Origin: Candidatus Latescibacterota bacterium | GTDB lineage: Bacteria > Latescibacterota > UBA2968 > UBA8231 | DNA: 64,000 nucleotides | Assembly: GCA_965197905.1 (NCBI GenBank) | Contig: CBDAOB010000003.1 | Span: 704,001 to 768,000, forward strand | Reading direction: 5' to 3' | Shown: piece after piece, positions 1-10,200 of the stretch | Numbering within the stretch: the first letter of the stretch is position 1 | Layout: each line of letters begins with the position of its first letter | The notes under the pieces: model-generated | Seen by the model: only the letters and a program-made list of their open reading frames with translations | Told to the model about the DNA's origin: nothing | The model's database searches: none | Position numbers and translations under genes: made by a program

Positions 1-53
1 GCCCAGATCGGTGCCGCGATCAAACAGCCGACCAGGCACAGAAATCTTGCCAT
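1..53 (-). CDS. 5' end (signal peptide) of a secreted protein paralogous to the giant gene starting at 17772; continues left of the window
   Basis: ATG at 53 reads MARFLCLVGCLIAAPIW, versus MARYLCLVGCLVAWPLA at 17772; the upstream DNA is also homologous. Confidence 0.75.
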   Translation of the reverse strand, partial: MARFLCLVGCLIAAPIW

Positions 54-204
54 CTTAGTCAGGGGTTTGAGCACAGCTCGATGTATCCGAATCTCGTTCA
101 CGGACACTGCGATCCTTTTGATCTTTGAGCCGCTGGGCCAACGTTGTCATACAATAACCAAAAAACGACCAATAATTGTGATGCGGATCAACATTTGAGT
201 AGAA
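21..204. repeat. Direct repeat copy 1 (signal-peptide region plus upstream region)
   Basis: Similar to 17740-17930; 150-204 and 17876-17930 differ by one base. Confidence 0.9.
174..196. promoter_or_regulatory. CRP/FNR-family-like binding box
   Basis: AATTGTGATGCGGATCAACATTT has a CRP-like TGTGA half-site and an FNR-like ATCAA half-site; identical copy at 17900-17922. Confidence 0.5.
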
Positions 205-338
205 TTGGTGCCGCGGTTGCGAGCCGCCTAGTCCTTCGTAGCGCCGAGACTACCGCAAAAGTCGCGGGGAGTCGGCTACATAGGCGATTCCAACCGGGAT
301 CATCGTGGACGGATCGCGTGCGTGGTTATCACTCCTGC

Positions 339-390
339 TTGACATGGAATATTATGGTCATTATGGTTAAACTGACCATAATGTAGGAGG
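339..390 (+). promoter_or_regulatory. Sigma70-type promoter with inverted-repeat operator and RBS of the phd-vapC operon
   Basis: TTGACA at 339; ATTATGGTCA (351-360) and TGACCATAAT (373-382) form an inverted repeat; AGGAGG at 385-390. Confidence 0.65.
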
Positions 391-396
391 TATCGA

Positions 397-675
397 ATGT
401 CGAGGAACGTCTCGATCGCCGAAGCCAAAGCCCATCTTTCCGTTTGCGTCCGGGAGGCTGAACAAGGGGAACCGATCATGATAACCAGGCACGGCAAGCC
501 GGTCGCGGCGCTGGTACCCGCGGCGGACCTGGATCAACTCGAAAGGCTCAGAATGGCCGGGCCCCAGAGCGGCTTGGCAAGCCTTGCCGGCGGATGGGAC
601 GGAGCGGACGAGTTGGCGGATCGCATTGAGGAATCCGAGCGCACCCCGACACGCCGGAACGAGTCTTCGGATTAG
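397..675 (+). CDS. Phd/YefM family antitoxin
   Basis: N-terminus 'VSIAEAKAHLS...GEPIMITRHGKPVAALVP'; abuts a PIN toxin. Confidence 0.9.
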   Translation: MSRNVSIAEAKAHLSVCVREAEQGEPIMITRHGKPVAALVPAADLDQLERLRMAGPQSGLASLAGGWDGADELADRIEESERTPTRRNESSD

Positions 676-1112
676 TGGCATTTCTCTTCGACACGGATGC
701 GATCTCCGAACTGTTGCGTCCGAAACCCTTGACAGATTACGTGGAATGGATCGAAAGGATTCCACGGGACGAACAATTCACCAGCGCTGTCGTCATTGGT
801 GAACTGTATAAGGGGGCATACCGCTCCCAGGCAAAGGAGCGTCATCTCGAAAACATCGAGACGCTGGTCCTTCCTGCGGTCACAGTTCTGCCCTATGACG
901 TCGCGACTGCCCGCGCCTACGGAGAACTGCGCGCGCAACTGGAGCAGATCGGTCAGTTGTTAGCCGAAGCTGACCTGCAGATTGCAGCCACGGCAATATA
1001 CCACGACCTGGAGTTGGTCAGTGGCAATCTGCGCCACTTCCGTCGCGTCGATCGACTGCGAACAAACGATGTCTTGTATCAAGCTCGGCAATCAAGGCGT
1101 CGCGTTTCATGA
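675..1112 (+). CDS. vapC: VapC PIN-domain toxin
   Basis: 'FLFDTDAISE...GEL...ADLQIAATA...LVSGNLRHF' PIN motifs. Confidence 0.9.
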   Translation: MAFLFDTDAISELLRPKPLTDYVEWIERIPRDEQFTSAVVIGELYKGAYRSQAKERHLENIETLVLPAVTVLPYDVATARAYGELRAQLEQIGQLLAEADLQIAATAIYHDLELVSGNLRHFRRVDRLRTNDVLYQARQSRRRVS

Positions 1113-1130
1113 GGGTGCCGGCTGTTTTCG

Positions 1131-1211
1131 GCGGCATTTCCCACCGACGACTCAGTGAACGAAGCCCTTCGTTCGCTGATCGACCCCACAGAAACCCCCG
1201 CGACAACGTAA
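1131..1211 (+). pseudogene. C-terminal remnant of a small antitoxin of the type usually paired with BrnT-like toxins
   Basis: Reads AAFPTDDSVNEALRSLID...stop with no start or N-terminal part. Confidence 0.5.
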
Positions 1212-1275
1212 CTGTATCGGCATTGAGAGCCGCTTAGTCCAGCAGACGAATTTCCTCCTCTCCGGCAAGGAGAAA

Positions 1276-1304
1276 TTGACGAAGTAGGATGATTATCCTA
1301 CTAT
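1276..1304 (+). promoter_or_regulatory. Promoter with palindromic operator of the RHH-MazF module
   Basis: TTGACG-N17-TACTAT; palindrome AGTAGGAT-GATT-ATCCTACT at 1283-1302. Confidence 0.65.
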
Positions 1305-1352
1305 TTGTAGTATAATCATACGCCAACGTTCATGCCTTGTGGAGATTCAGCA

Positions 1353-1583
1353 ATGAAAATCAAAGCCTCAGTCACGTTATCAGAAGAATTGATCAGTCAG
1401 ATTGACGCCCAAACGGACCGATACGGAAATCGATCAGCTTTTATCGAACGAGCTGTCCGCCATTTTCTCGCGGTCGAAACCCAAAGAGCCAGGGATGCTC
1501 AAGATTTGGAGATCCTCAATGCGCGGCACGAAGCGCTGAACGAGGAAGCATTGGATGTGCTGTCTTACCAGGTTGATTCATGA
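1353..1583 (+). CDS. Ribbon-helix-helix (CopG-like) antitoxin, MazE-type partner
   Basis: '[10 protein letters not shown]...[14 protein letters not shown]'; ATGA overlap with the toxin. Confidence 0.85.
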   Translation: MKIKASVTLSEELISQIDAQTDRYGNRSAFIERAVRHFLAVETQRARDAQDLEILNARHEALNEEALDVLSYQVDS

Positions 1584-1930
1584 GAAGAGGGGAACTCTAT
1601 CGCGTTTACAAGGCTTCTGCCCAAGATCCAAGACGATTTCGCGTCTTTGTCATTGTAAGCCGTCAGACCCTATTGGATTCTCGATTCTCTACGGCAATTT
1701 GTGCGCCCGTATATTCCTCATTCGAGGGCTTGTCTACGCAAGTGCCGCTGGGGATTGAGCAAGGCCTAAAACAGGAAAGCAGTATCCATTGTGATGAACT
1801 TGTCAGCATTCCCAAAACGGCCTTGACCCACTTCATCGGAAGTCTCTCTTCTTCGATAATCGACGCACTGGACCGAGCATTGGCCATTGCTGTTGGCCTC
1901 AATCGGACTGCTGATTCAAATCTGTCTTAA
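1580..1930 (+). CDS. mazF: PemK/MazF family toxin
   Basis: 'MRRGELY...[10 protein letters not shown]...ICAPV...[13 protein letters not shown]...IGSLS'. Confidence 0.9.
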   Translation: MRRGELYRVYKASAQDPRRFRVFVIVSRQTLLDSRFSTAICAPVYSSFEGLSTQVPLGIEQGLKQESSIHCDELVSIPKTALTHFIGSLSSSIIDALDRALAIAVGLNRTADSNLS

Positions 1931-1957
1931 GAATGCCCGTCGAGTCAGCAGGTCCAT

Positions 1958-2272
1958 TCACCTTGCAGGAAAGTCCCGCTCCAGAACCAGCACCTCGGTT
2001 TCCAATCTCTCACCCAGACGATCCTTCTCCAATTCCAGATCGTATCGGGATTGTAGGTTGAGCCAAAACCGCTCAGTGGTACCGAAGTAACGCGCTAGTC
2101 GAAGAGCTGTATCAGCTGAGATTGCACGCTTGCCGTGTACTATCTCATTGATCCGCCGGGGAGACACCGAGATGTCCTTCGCCAGGCGGTATTGGCTAAG
2201 CCCCAGTGGCTCGAGAAACTCCTCGAGTAGAAGCTCTCCTGGGTGAATCGGGGACATTACAGTAGCAGACAT
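1958..2272 (-). CDS. higA: HigA family antitoxin
   Basis: 'PIHPGELLLEEFLEPLGLSQYRLAKDI...ISADTALRLARYFGTT..FWLNLQ'. Confidence 0.95.
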   Translation of the reverse strand: MSATVMSPIHPGELLLEEFLEPLGLSQYRLAKDISVSPRRINEIVHGKRAISADTALRLARYFGTTERFWLNLQSRYDLELEKDRLGERLETEVLVLERDFPAR

Positions 2273-2281
2273 GTGTACCTC

Positions 2282-2563
2282 CTAGTGGTAGTCGACAATT
2301 TCAACATTAGCAGCATGCCTGGCCTTCCATTCGAAGCAGATGCGCCATTGCTCGTTAATGCGAATGCTGTGCTGGCCTCTGCGATCCCCGGAGAGCCGCT
2401 CAAGGCGATTGCCAGGTGGAGAGCGCAAGTCTTGCACAGCATCGGCAGCGTCCAGCAGCAGAAGCTTCTTCAGAGCGGATCGAGCCAGCCTACCAGAAAA
2501 CCTTTTGGACGGCTGCCTAAGAAAGACCTTCTCTGTCTCACTGTCGCGGAACGAATCGATCAT
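2282..2563 (-). CDS. higB: HigB (RelE/ParE superfamily) toxin
   Basis: 'MIDSFRD...DLRSPPGNRLERL.GDRRGQHSIRINEQWRICF...VEIVDYH'; TTGACG-N17-TATTAT lies 7 nt upstream of the ATG. Confidence 0.95.
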   Translation of the reverse strand: MIDSFRDSETEKVFLRQPSKRFSGRLARSALKKLLLLDAADAVQDLRSPPGNRLERLSGDRRGQHSIRINEQWRICFEWKARHAANVEIVDYH

Positions 2564-2674
2564 CGAGACGATAATAACGCATCACAGTATTAACGTCAAC
2601 CGTTATCATTTATGGGGCTGATTTCAGGTAACTCTTGCTTACCGAGGCAACTTCAGCTTCTGGGCGGAAACCAC

Positions 2675-2703
2675 TTGACAAGTGTCACGTGACACATTAC
2701 AGT
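2675..2703 (+). promoter_or_regulatory. Promoter with palindromic operator of the second higBA module
   Basis: TTGACA-N17-TACAGT; perfect palindrome GTGTCACGTGACAC at 2682-2695. Confidence 0.7.
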
Positions 2704-2709
2704 TAGGCT

Positions 2710-2832
2710 GTGATAAAAACATTCGCAGATAGAGAAACACAACGTCTCTAGGCACTGGTCAATCCAAGCGGTTGCCCACCGATCTGGGTCGACGGGGACG
2801 CCTACGAAGTAGAAATCACGGACTATCATTGA
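2710..2832 (+). pseudogene. higB: HigB toxin pseudogene (nonsense codon plus internal deletion)
   Basis: GTG start reads MIKTFADRETQRL*, then TGQSKRLPTDL joined to VDGDAYEVEITDYH*. These are the two ends of a HigB with the middle missing. Confidence 0.8.
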
Positions 2833-2844
2833 AAGGACCCTGCA

Positions 2845-3159
2845 ATGGTCATCACAAATACTCAGAAACGCTCCATCCCGCCTACCCATCCTGGAGAGAT
2901 GTTACGTGAAGATTTCTTGCCAGATTACTCCTTGACGGCGACCGCCTTGGCGGCGGCACTGGGTGTCTCTCGTCAAACAATAAATGAGTTACTGCGAGAG
3001 CGGCGCGCCATTTCGCCCATCATGGCCTTGAAACTCGCCCGTCTGTTTGGGAATTCTCCTGAATTCTGGATGAAAGCCCAACACAACAGAGATCTCTGGG
3101 AATCGGAGCAGCAATACGAAAACGAACTGGCCCAGATTGAACCGCTCTCAACTACGTAG
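2845..3159 (+). CDS. higA: HigA family antitoxin (orphaned)
   Basis: 'PPTHPGEMLREDFLPDY...LGVSRQTINELLRERRAISPIMALKLARLFGNSPEFW'. Confidence 0.92.
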   Translation: MVITNTQKRSIPPTHPGEMLREDFLPDYSLTATALAAALGVSRQTINELLRERRAISPIMALKLARLFGNSPEFWMKAQHNRDLWESEQQYENELAQIEPLSTT

Positions 3160-3261
3160 ATGACGTACTTGTACAAACGCTACGAGAAGTGGAAGGACAT
3201 CGCTACGGAGTCCGGCCCCGCTGGACTGAGGCTCATCAAGGGCTTTCATGACGAAGCCCTG
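3160..3261 (+). pseudogene. Fragment of a RelE/YoeB-like toxin
   Basis: 'KRYEKWKDIATESGPAGLRLIKGFHDEAL', truncated on both sides. Confidence 0.6.
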
Positions 3262-3283
3262 GACCCCGCTGGCCACCGGTCGG

Positions 3284-3480
3284 CTAAAACGCGTGATCGC
3301 CTACCGGTTGGCACGATTTATGGAGGAAAACGAACTCTCCAAAACGGCGATGGCGAAACGAATGCAGACAAGTCGTTCCCTGGATCGGTTACTTGACCCG
3401 GCCAATCCTTCCATAACTCTCCAGACAATGACCGTGCAGCGCGTGTTTTGGGTAAGAACCTAAACATTGAGCTAACCTAG
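3284..3480 (+). pseudogene. Fragment of an XRE-type antitoxin/regulator
   Basis: 'LKRVIAYRLARFMEENELSKTAMAKRMQTSRSLDRLLDPANPSITLQTM'; no N-terminus, frameshifted near the end. Confidence 0.65.
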
Positions 3481-3578
3481 GTCCGTTGTCACGACTCGTT
3501 CCTATCCCACGCTAAATCTTCTGTCTATTCATGATCTGGTTGGAACACAGCCGTGTATTGCGCTGGAATCTACGCGAA

Positions 3579-3869
3579 TCAGTTGGGCTGCTTCACATCC
3601 GCCATCGCCTGCTTGATTGTTTTCGAGTCTACACCATGGTTCTGGAGACTCTCGACGAGCAAGTCAAGCCCGGGATTATTTTCGAGTCGCAAGAGATCCT
3701 GGCGAAGCCCTTGACCGATATAGGCTCGAATGAGTGGTTGGTATCCTGAGAATCCCAGTTGAGGGGCGATTCGCTTCAGATCATCTATTACGTCCTCCGG
3801 AATTCGAATACTCACGGGGACCATAGTCCGATCCTTCTTGAGACGTTTCTTCAAATCACTGCTCTTCAT
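3579..3869 (-). CDS. CopG/BrnA-like antitoxin
   Basis: 'VSIRIPEDVIDDLKRIAPQLGFSGYQPLIRAYIGQGLR'; overlaps the brnT 3' end; start placed at MKSSDLKK. Confidence 0.8.
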   Translation of the reverse strand: MKSSDLKKRLKKDRTMVPVSIRIPEDVIDDLKRIAPQLGFSGYQPLIRAYIGQGLRQDLLRLENNPGLDLLVESLQNHGVDSKTIKQAMADVKQPN

Positions 3870-4155
3870 AGTCGAGTCTTTCTGCTGAAGTTGCTGCGCG
3901 GGCGGAAATGAGGCGGAATCTGTCGCCATGCCGTTCGACGTAGACAACGCATAAGAGTCTCAAGTGGAGAGTCATGCCAACCAACACTTCTCTGGCTTCC
4001 TGCTGAGAGGTTTCGGTCGCCAGAGCTTTGACGAAAGGGTCGAAGAAGGTTTCGCACGCCGTCTCAAAATCTACTCCGTGCTTCGCGAGATTGGCCTCCG
4101 CTTTGTCGAGGTCCCATTCGAATTCGATACCATGCACGTGGTGAGTAACGTCCAT
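3856..4155 (-). CDS. brnT: BrnT family toxin
   Basis: 'FEWDLDKAEANLAKHGVDFE...RFRLISARAAT'; TTGACA-N17-TAAATT upstream, with the palindrome ATGTATATACAT in the spacer. Confidence 0.9.
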   Translation of the reverse strand: MDVTHHVHGIEFEWDLDKAEANLAKHGVDFETACETFFDPFVKALATETSQQEAREVLVGMTLHLRLLCVVYVERHGDRFRLISARAATSAERLDYEEQ

Positions 4156-4260
4156 CTCTGAATTTATCGTGATGTATATACATTGTCAATACAAAATTCT
4201 GGGCCAAAGTTGTCGAATCCAGCGCCAGCCGATTTCCTGCAAGGCGTTAGACTGCCCACG

Positions 4261-7200
4261 TCAACGCAGCAACATCACCTTCTGCGTGGCAACCGTCTTC
4301 CCCGTCTCGAGCTGCACCAGGTAGACCCCACTGGCCACCGGCCGGCCCTGCCCGTCCTTCCCATCCCACGTCACCCGGTGAAAACCGGGGTTCCACCCGA
4401 CAAGGTCCCATCGCCGAATCACCTGGCCCAACAGATTGTACAGGCGCAACTCCTGCCTTCCTGCAACTGCCGACGGGATGCCAACAGGTATGATGGTGGA
4501 CGGGTTGAACGGATTCGGGTAGTTGGGATACAGCGCATAAGTCGTGGGTAATACGCGCGCGCTGCCCAGCTGCTCCACGCGCCAGGCGCGGCCGGCGCCC
4601 CGCCCGAGAAACCCTTCCTGCACGAACAGCTCCACGTTCTGCGGCGGACCGTCCAGCGCGAACAACAACTCCAACGTCGATTCCTCTTCCAGATCTACAC
4701 CGGCTATCCGCCCTTTCAAGTGGTCGGCGAAGTTGAGCATCGCTCCGGTTTCGTGCACCAGCGTTAGACTGCGATCCAACGCGATCACGGACGACGAATC
4801 AGCACGACCCATGTATCTCAGGATAGGCGGCTCAGCATACACCGCCAGCCCATAACCACTCAACCTCGGCACGCCGGCAAACCGCAACCGTAGACGCACC
4901 TGATCGCCCAAAGCCTCCGCGTCCACATCCACCACCGACCCTTCTGCGACTTCTGCACCTTGTGAATACAGCAGCTTGCTGGCAATCTGTTTGCCAAACT
5001 GTGTTTTGAACCGGCTCAGATCGCCGGCACCCACCTTGCCGTCCCGGTCCAGATCGAGAATCGGATCGCTGCTGCCGAATCCGTTGGCGAGGATGAAAAA
5101 GTCGGAGAAGGAGACCGCGCCGTCGCCGTCGAAGTCTTCCGAGGTCAGCGGCACGACGGCCTGATTGGGCCGCAGCCGCACCGGCCGGCTCCACGGTCCA
5201 TCGAACGGACCGTAGGACGCGCGGGCGCGCCACCAGTAGCGGGCGGTGGGTATCAGCGATTTGGTCGTCCGCCAGCGGGTCATACCTCCGAAACCCTCGG
5301 CGATGTTGCCGCCACGGGCGATGATGGCGCGAAACGAGGTGTTGGTGGATATCTGCACGATGTAGGTCAACACATCTTCCGCTTGCACCGGCACCGCATT
5401 CTGGATCACCAGGATCGGGCGACTGGCAATGGCCCCCTGTTCCAGGCCGAGGATCGCCGGCGCCCCTGGTACGTTCGCCTCCTTCGGCGTGCCTTCGGCG
5501 AACTCGCTCAACGAGCTCTCGTTGGGCGGGTTCTCCTGGTCCACTGCGGTGACTCGATAGCGATAGAGCACCCCTTCCTCCAGGCTCTCGTCGAGAAAGC
5601 GTGGCTCCTCCAGCTGCGTCGCCGCAAGCTCGAAGGTTCCCGAGTCGTTCTCCCGGTAAACGGAGTAGCCACCGAGATCGTCTTCATCGTTCGCTGACCA
5701 TTCCAACAGTATCGAGCTGAAGCCGGCGGTGACCTGCAGGTCGGTGGGGGCCGCCGGCGGCTGGATATCCGGCGCCTCAAGCGTGGAGAATTCGGCAACC
5801 GCGGTGACGGTGGGACCGTTGTTGGCGCGATCCGCAGACCCAACGCGAAAGAAATAGGTGGAATCCGGCTCCAGGTTGGTGAGCATCACCTCGTGCTCGA
5901 GGCTGTAACGGGGTGAACCGACCACCGAACCAAGGTATGGGGTTACATGGTAGTCGACGTAGGAATCGGCCAGCTCATCGGTGGTCCAGACGATGGACGC
6001 ACTGCGATCGGTGATCGCCCTGACCTCCGGACCCGTCAGAATGCGCGGGGGCTCGAGATCGGGCTCGGCGTCTGTTGATACCCGCAGCAGAAATGGCTCG
6101 GGGGTTTCGTTCTGGCTGGCGTCGTTGACGAAGATGGACAGATCGTATTCCGTGTCGACGTCCAGATTGGGGACCGTGACCTGCTGCACCGTCTGTCGCC
6201 GATCCACGTAACGAGTGACCCTCTCCTCGGCCGTAGACTCGTACTCGATCCGCGCCGCCGCGGCTTCATCCGTGCGCCAGAACAACACTACTTCATCGTC
6301 GGTGCTGGCGGCCACCGCCGGCTCCTCGACGAAACGAGGCGGCACCAGGTCGACTTCGGCGGCGGTGGACACTACCGCGACGGTACTCTCTGTGGCCCCG
6401 TTTTCCGAAGGATCCGTAGAGGCAACCTTGTAGAAGTACTTTTGGGCGGCATCTAGATTGGTGATCGTCACCGCATGCTGCGTTACATCTTGCGCCGAAC
6501 CCACAACCTCACCCAGCTCGTCGCTCGAACCGTAGAGCACGAAGCTGTCGGCCAGCTCGTCGGTGTCCCAGGTGATGGTCAGACTGTTGGCGGTCTTCTC
6601 CCGCACCCGCGGTCCGTCCACGATGAGAGGGAGCTGGCTGTCGGCAACATTCTCGGTTACAAAGAAACCGGACCCTCCCGGAGGCTGCAGAATCTTCGCA
6701 GACCCTTCCACCGGCTTCATCGGTCCGTCGAGGGACCCCCAGGTGAGCTTGTTCCCCGCCTGGTCTTCAGCGGTGATCATGAAACGATAGGCGGTGCGCG
6801 GGATGAGACCCGTCGCGGTCAGGCTGTGATCCCGCACCAGTGCATTGTCCTCCACGAAGTTGAGCTCGCCGCCACCGCGCCAATCTAGGCGCAAAGCGGC
6901 GCGCTCGTTGGTGCCCCAGGCCACCACCGCGGTGCTGTTGGTCCAGGTGACCGTCGGGTTTACCGAAAATGTGGGTGCTTCCGTGTCGCGGCTGCCGCGG
7001 GTGGTGAACTTGTGATCCCGAGAGAAGAGCTCGGTGCCACTGGGATCGGTGGTTACCGAATTGGACGACAAATCCTTGCTGGTGACGACAATGTGGTAGG
7101 CAGTGCCCGGCACGAGATCGGCAAGGATCAACCGGTGTTGCTGCACCAGCTCTCCGCGCTCGACCCGTCCTAAGGTTTCTACGGTCTGGTGCGTTGCCGT

Positions 7201-10200
7201 GGCTTTCGCGGCTGCGATCTCGGCCGCAGCCGGATCGATGCTCCAGTCCACCAGCGAAGAGGCGGGCTCATCGGTGGTCCAGACGATGGTGGCACCGGTC
7301 TCGGTGATCCCCTGAAAGCTAGGACCAGCGGTGATGGCAGGTGGCGTGCGATCGCTCTCGTCCGCGGTGGTGAACCGTCGCGACCGACTGGAGGTTTGGT
7401 TTCCTGCGACGTCGGTAATCGTCGCTCCGTATTCGTAGGTGGTGCCCGGCTCGAGGCTAGAAAGCACCACTCGGTGAAAGGTGAGAAACTCCGGATCGGC
7501 CACGGCACGCTCGACAGTACCGGCCTCGTCGGCTCGATACCCCACTGAGATGTTCGTCGGCTCGTCCGTGGTCACTTCCACCACCACTTCCTCTGCCCCG
7601 GCGGAGACGACGATCGGCCCGGTGTTGATCCGCGGCGGGCGACGGTCGCCTGTTGCTCGCGTAGCCACAGCGAGATCGACGCAGGTAGGGCCGGTTGCCG
7701 CTGGCATCGGTGGCGCACACCGCCAGCTCGTAGGTCGTCTCCGCTTCCAGGCCGACTGCCCGCAGTTCGTGCGCGGTCTCCTGATTGCCCGAGGCCAGGT
7801 AGATCGCTCCATCGGCGGAGCGCACCGTCGCAATGGTCGGTTCGTTGGTGGTAAAGGCGATCAGGAAGCTGCTTACAGTAAGACCCCGCACGATCGGCCG
7901 GCCGATCATCACGGGTGGCGCAATGTCCGGACCGGCCGGGGTAAGGAAATCTAGCACCGACCACTCCACGCGATTGCCCGCTGGATCGGTACAGAACGAC
8001 TGGAAGAGGAAACGGGTGCCCGGAACCAGATTGGTCAGCGCGACCTCGTGATTCTTTACGTCCGCGGGCACGATCACCCGCTTGCCATCGTTGTCCGCCA
8101 GGATCTTCGCCGCCACGACCGGATCGAAACCGTTCGCAAGTGCCTTGGCGTTCGCTCCTCCCATCGGACTGAAGAGGATCTCGCTATCCGCCACCTCATC
8201 CGTATCCCATTCGATGCGCACGCGATCGTGTTTGCGGTCGACTACCACCGGCGGACCGAAGAACTTGGGCGGTTTGGTATCCGCTTCGGTCTCGGTGCGA
8301 AAACGGCCAGTCGCTGCTCCATCCACACCGAAACTGAGGGCGTAGGTGTAGTCGGTCCCAGGAAGGAGATTGCTCAGTACGACATTGTGCTCGGTAGCCA
8401 GCCCGCGGCTTTCAAACACCTCATTCTCAGGTTGCTCGTTGGGATAGTAGGTCACCACCGCTTCGGCGGCGCGATCCAACCGGAAGAAGATGGTGGCGCT
8501 GCGATCGCCGATCCGTCGCGCCACGGGCCCCGCGGTCAGCTGCACCGGCTGCAAGCTGCGACTAAGACTCTCGAAACGGATCACCGACGACATCGTCTGG
8601 TTGCCACCGGCATCCTCAGCCATGACTTGAAAGAAGTAAGGGGTGTTTGCGCGCAGACTGGTGAGCTCCAAGGCGTGCTGCTGCTGGCGTTCCAAACCGC
8701 GCGCCGAATGGGTGGGGGCCGAGAGGTCCTCCTCCGTGCTCGCCACAAGCTCGACGGAAGCAGGCTCGTCCAGCTCCATCAGCACGCGCGCAAAGGTGGA
8801 AGTGAGGTCCCCTGCAAACGGCGTTGTGACGAAAGACGGGGGGGTCTGATCCGCGTCGATGTCGGTTACGAACGACAACACCGGTCCTCTGGAGATGTTA
8901 CCGGACTGATCCCGCGCTTCCAGGCCCACCCAGTATGTGGTCCCCGGGTCCAGTCCGGCCAGCTCAACCCGGTGCGGCCGCTGGCGCTGGAGACTGGGAA
9001 TGGTGGTGGCGTCGTTCAGGTCAGCGTTGGCAGCAAAGCTCAGCTCGAGCTCGACCGGTTCGTTGTAGGTCACTTCGAGCACGGCGGAAACGGAGGAGAT
9101 GCCCAACACGTTGGGACCGGTCTCTATCAACGGCACATCTTCGTCCTCAGCTCTCAGGGTCCGCAAGGTAAATGACCGCTCCACCCCATTTCCCTGGGCA
9201 TCCAGGGCGAAAATATCGACGCTGTATGTCGTATTCGGTTGCAGTTGGGTCATCTGCGCCCGGTGTTGCCGCGCCGGCTTGGCGATCGTGATAAGCCCGC
9301 CCTCTGCTGACGCAGCTACCTTGGCCGGAGCGTCGACCTCAAAACGCAGCGACCCCGTCGTCGACTCGGTAGTGCGCCAAATAACCGTAGCCCGTTCGAA
9401 GCCAACCCCCTCCGCGAATAGCTCGACGATCTCGGGCGGAAGATCTTCCCCCTCGGACCGGGTATGAAAAGATCCGCGCACCTCGGGTGTCCGATTATCG
9501 GCCCCATCCCGAGTCAAAACCTCATAGAAGTACTCCGTGTCCGCTTCCAGATTGGTGAGCTGGAGCGTGTGGCTCATTTGCAGCTCGCCGCTTTCCTCGA
9601 GGATGGCGTCGTCGAGATCCGGATCGGTGCTAACAAGCAGTTGCACACGAACCGGCTCGTCGGTAGTGAGCACCACCACCGCGCTCCGGTCGGTCAACCC
9701 TTCGACGGCGGGACCGGAGAGCAGCTCCGCAGATATTTCGTCGGGAGCTGCCCGGGTTTCGAAATCGCGTACAGCGGAGCGGGTCTCGTTGCCGCTGGCG
9801 TCGCGCATGAGTACCTGGAAGTAATAGCGGGTGCCCGGGTCCAGCTCGATAAGCTGGATCTTGTGTTCGGACTGGACCTGCGCCGCCCCCACGAGACGGC
9901 CGTCGCTGACCTCGTCATCGGCGTCGAAGCGCACCTGCACCGTGACCAGTTCATCCGTTTCCAACGCGATAAGTGCCGAGACGTCGGAGATGGCGGTTGC
10001 GGCCGGGCCGGCAGTGAATTCGGGCGCCGTCTCATCCGCTTCGACTCCAGTCGTAAAACTGCCGCTGCGAATCATGGACAGATTACCCGCGGCATCCGCC
10101 GACTGCGCTTGGTACCCGTACTCCGCCCCTGCCTCCAGCCCACTAAGCTCCACGATGTGATCTTCGGTGAGCTCGTCGAGGACGATCTCGCTGACGCTTT

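Noticed and set aside
205..4200. Integron cassette array explaining the TA cluster
   Set aside because: No intI and no repeated attC sites recognised; modules are in mixed orientation; the 214-296 palindrome runs GTT...AAC, opposite to attC.
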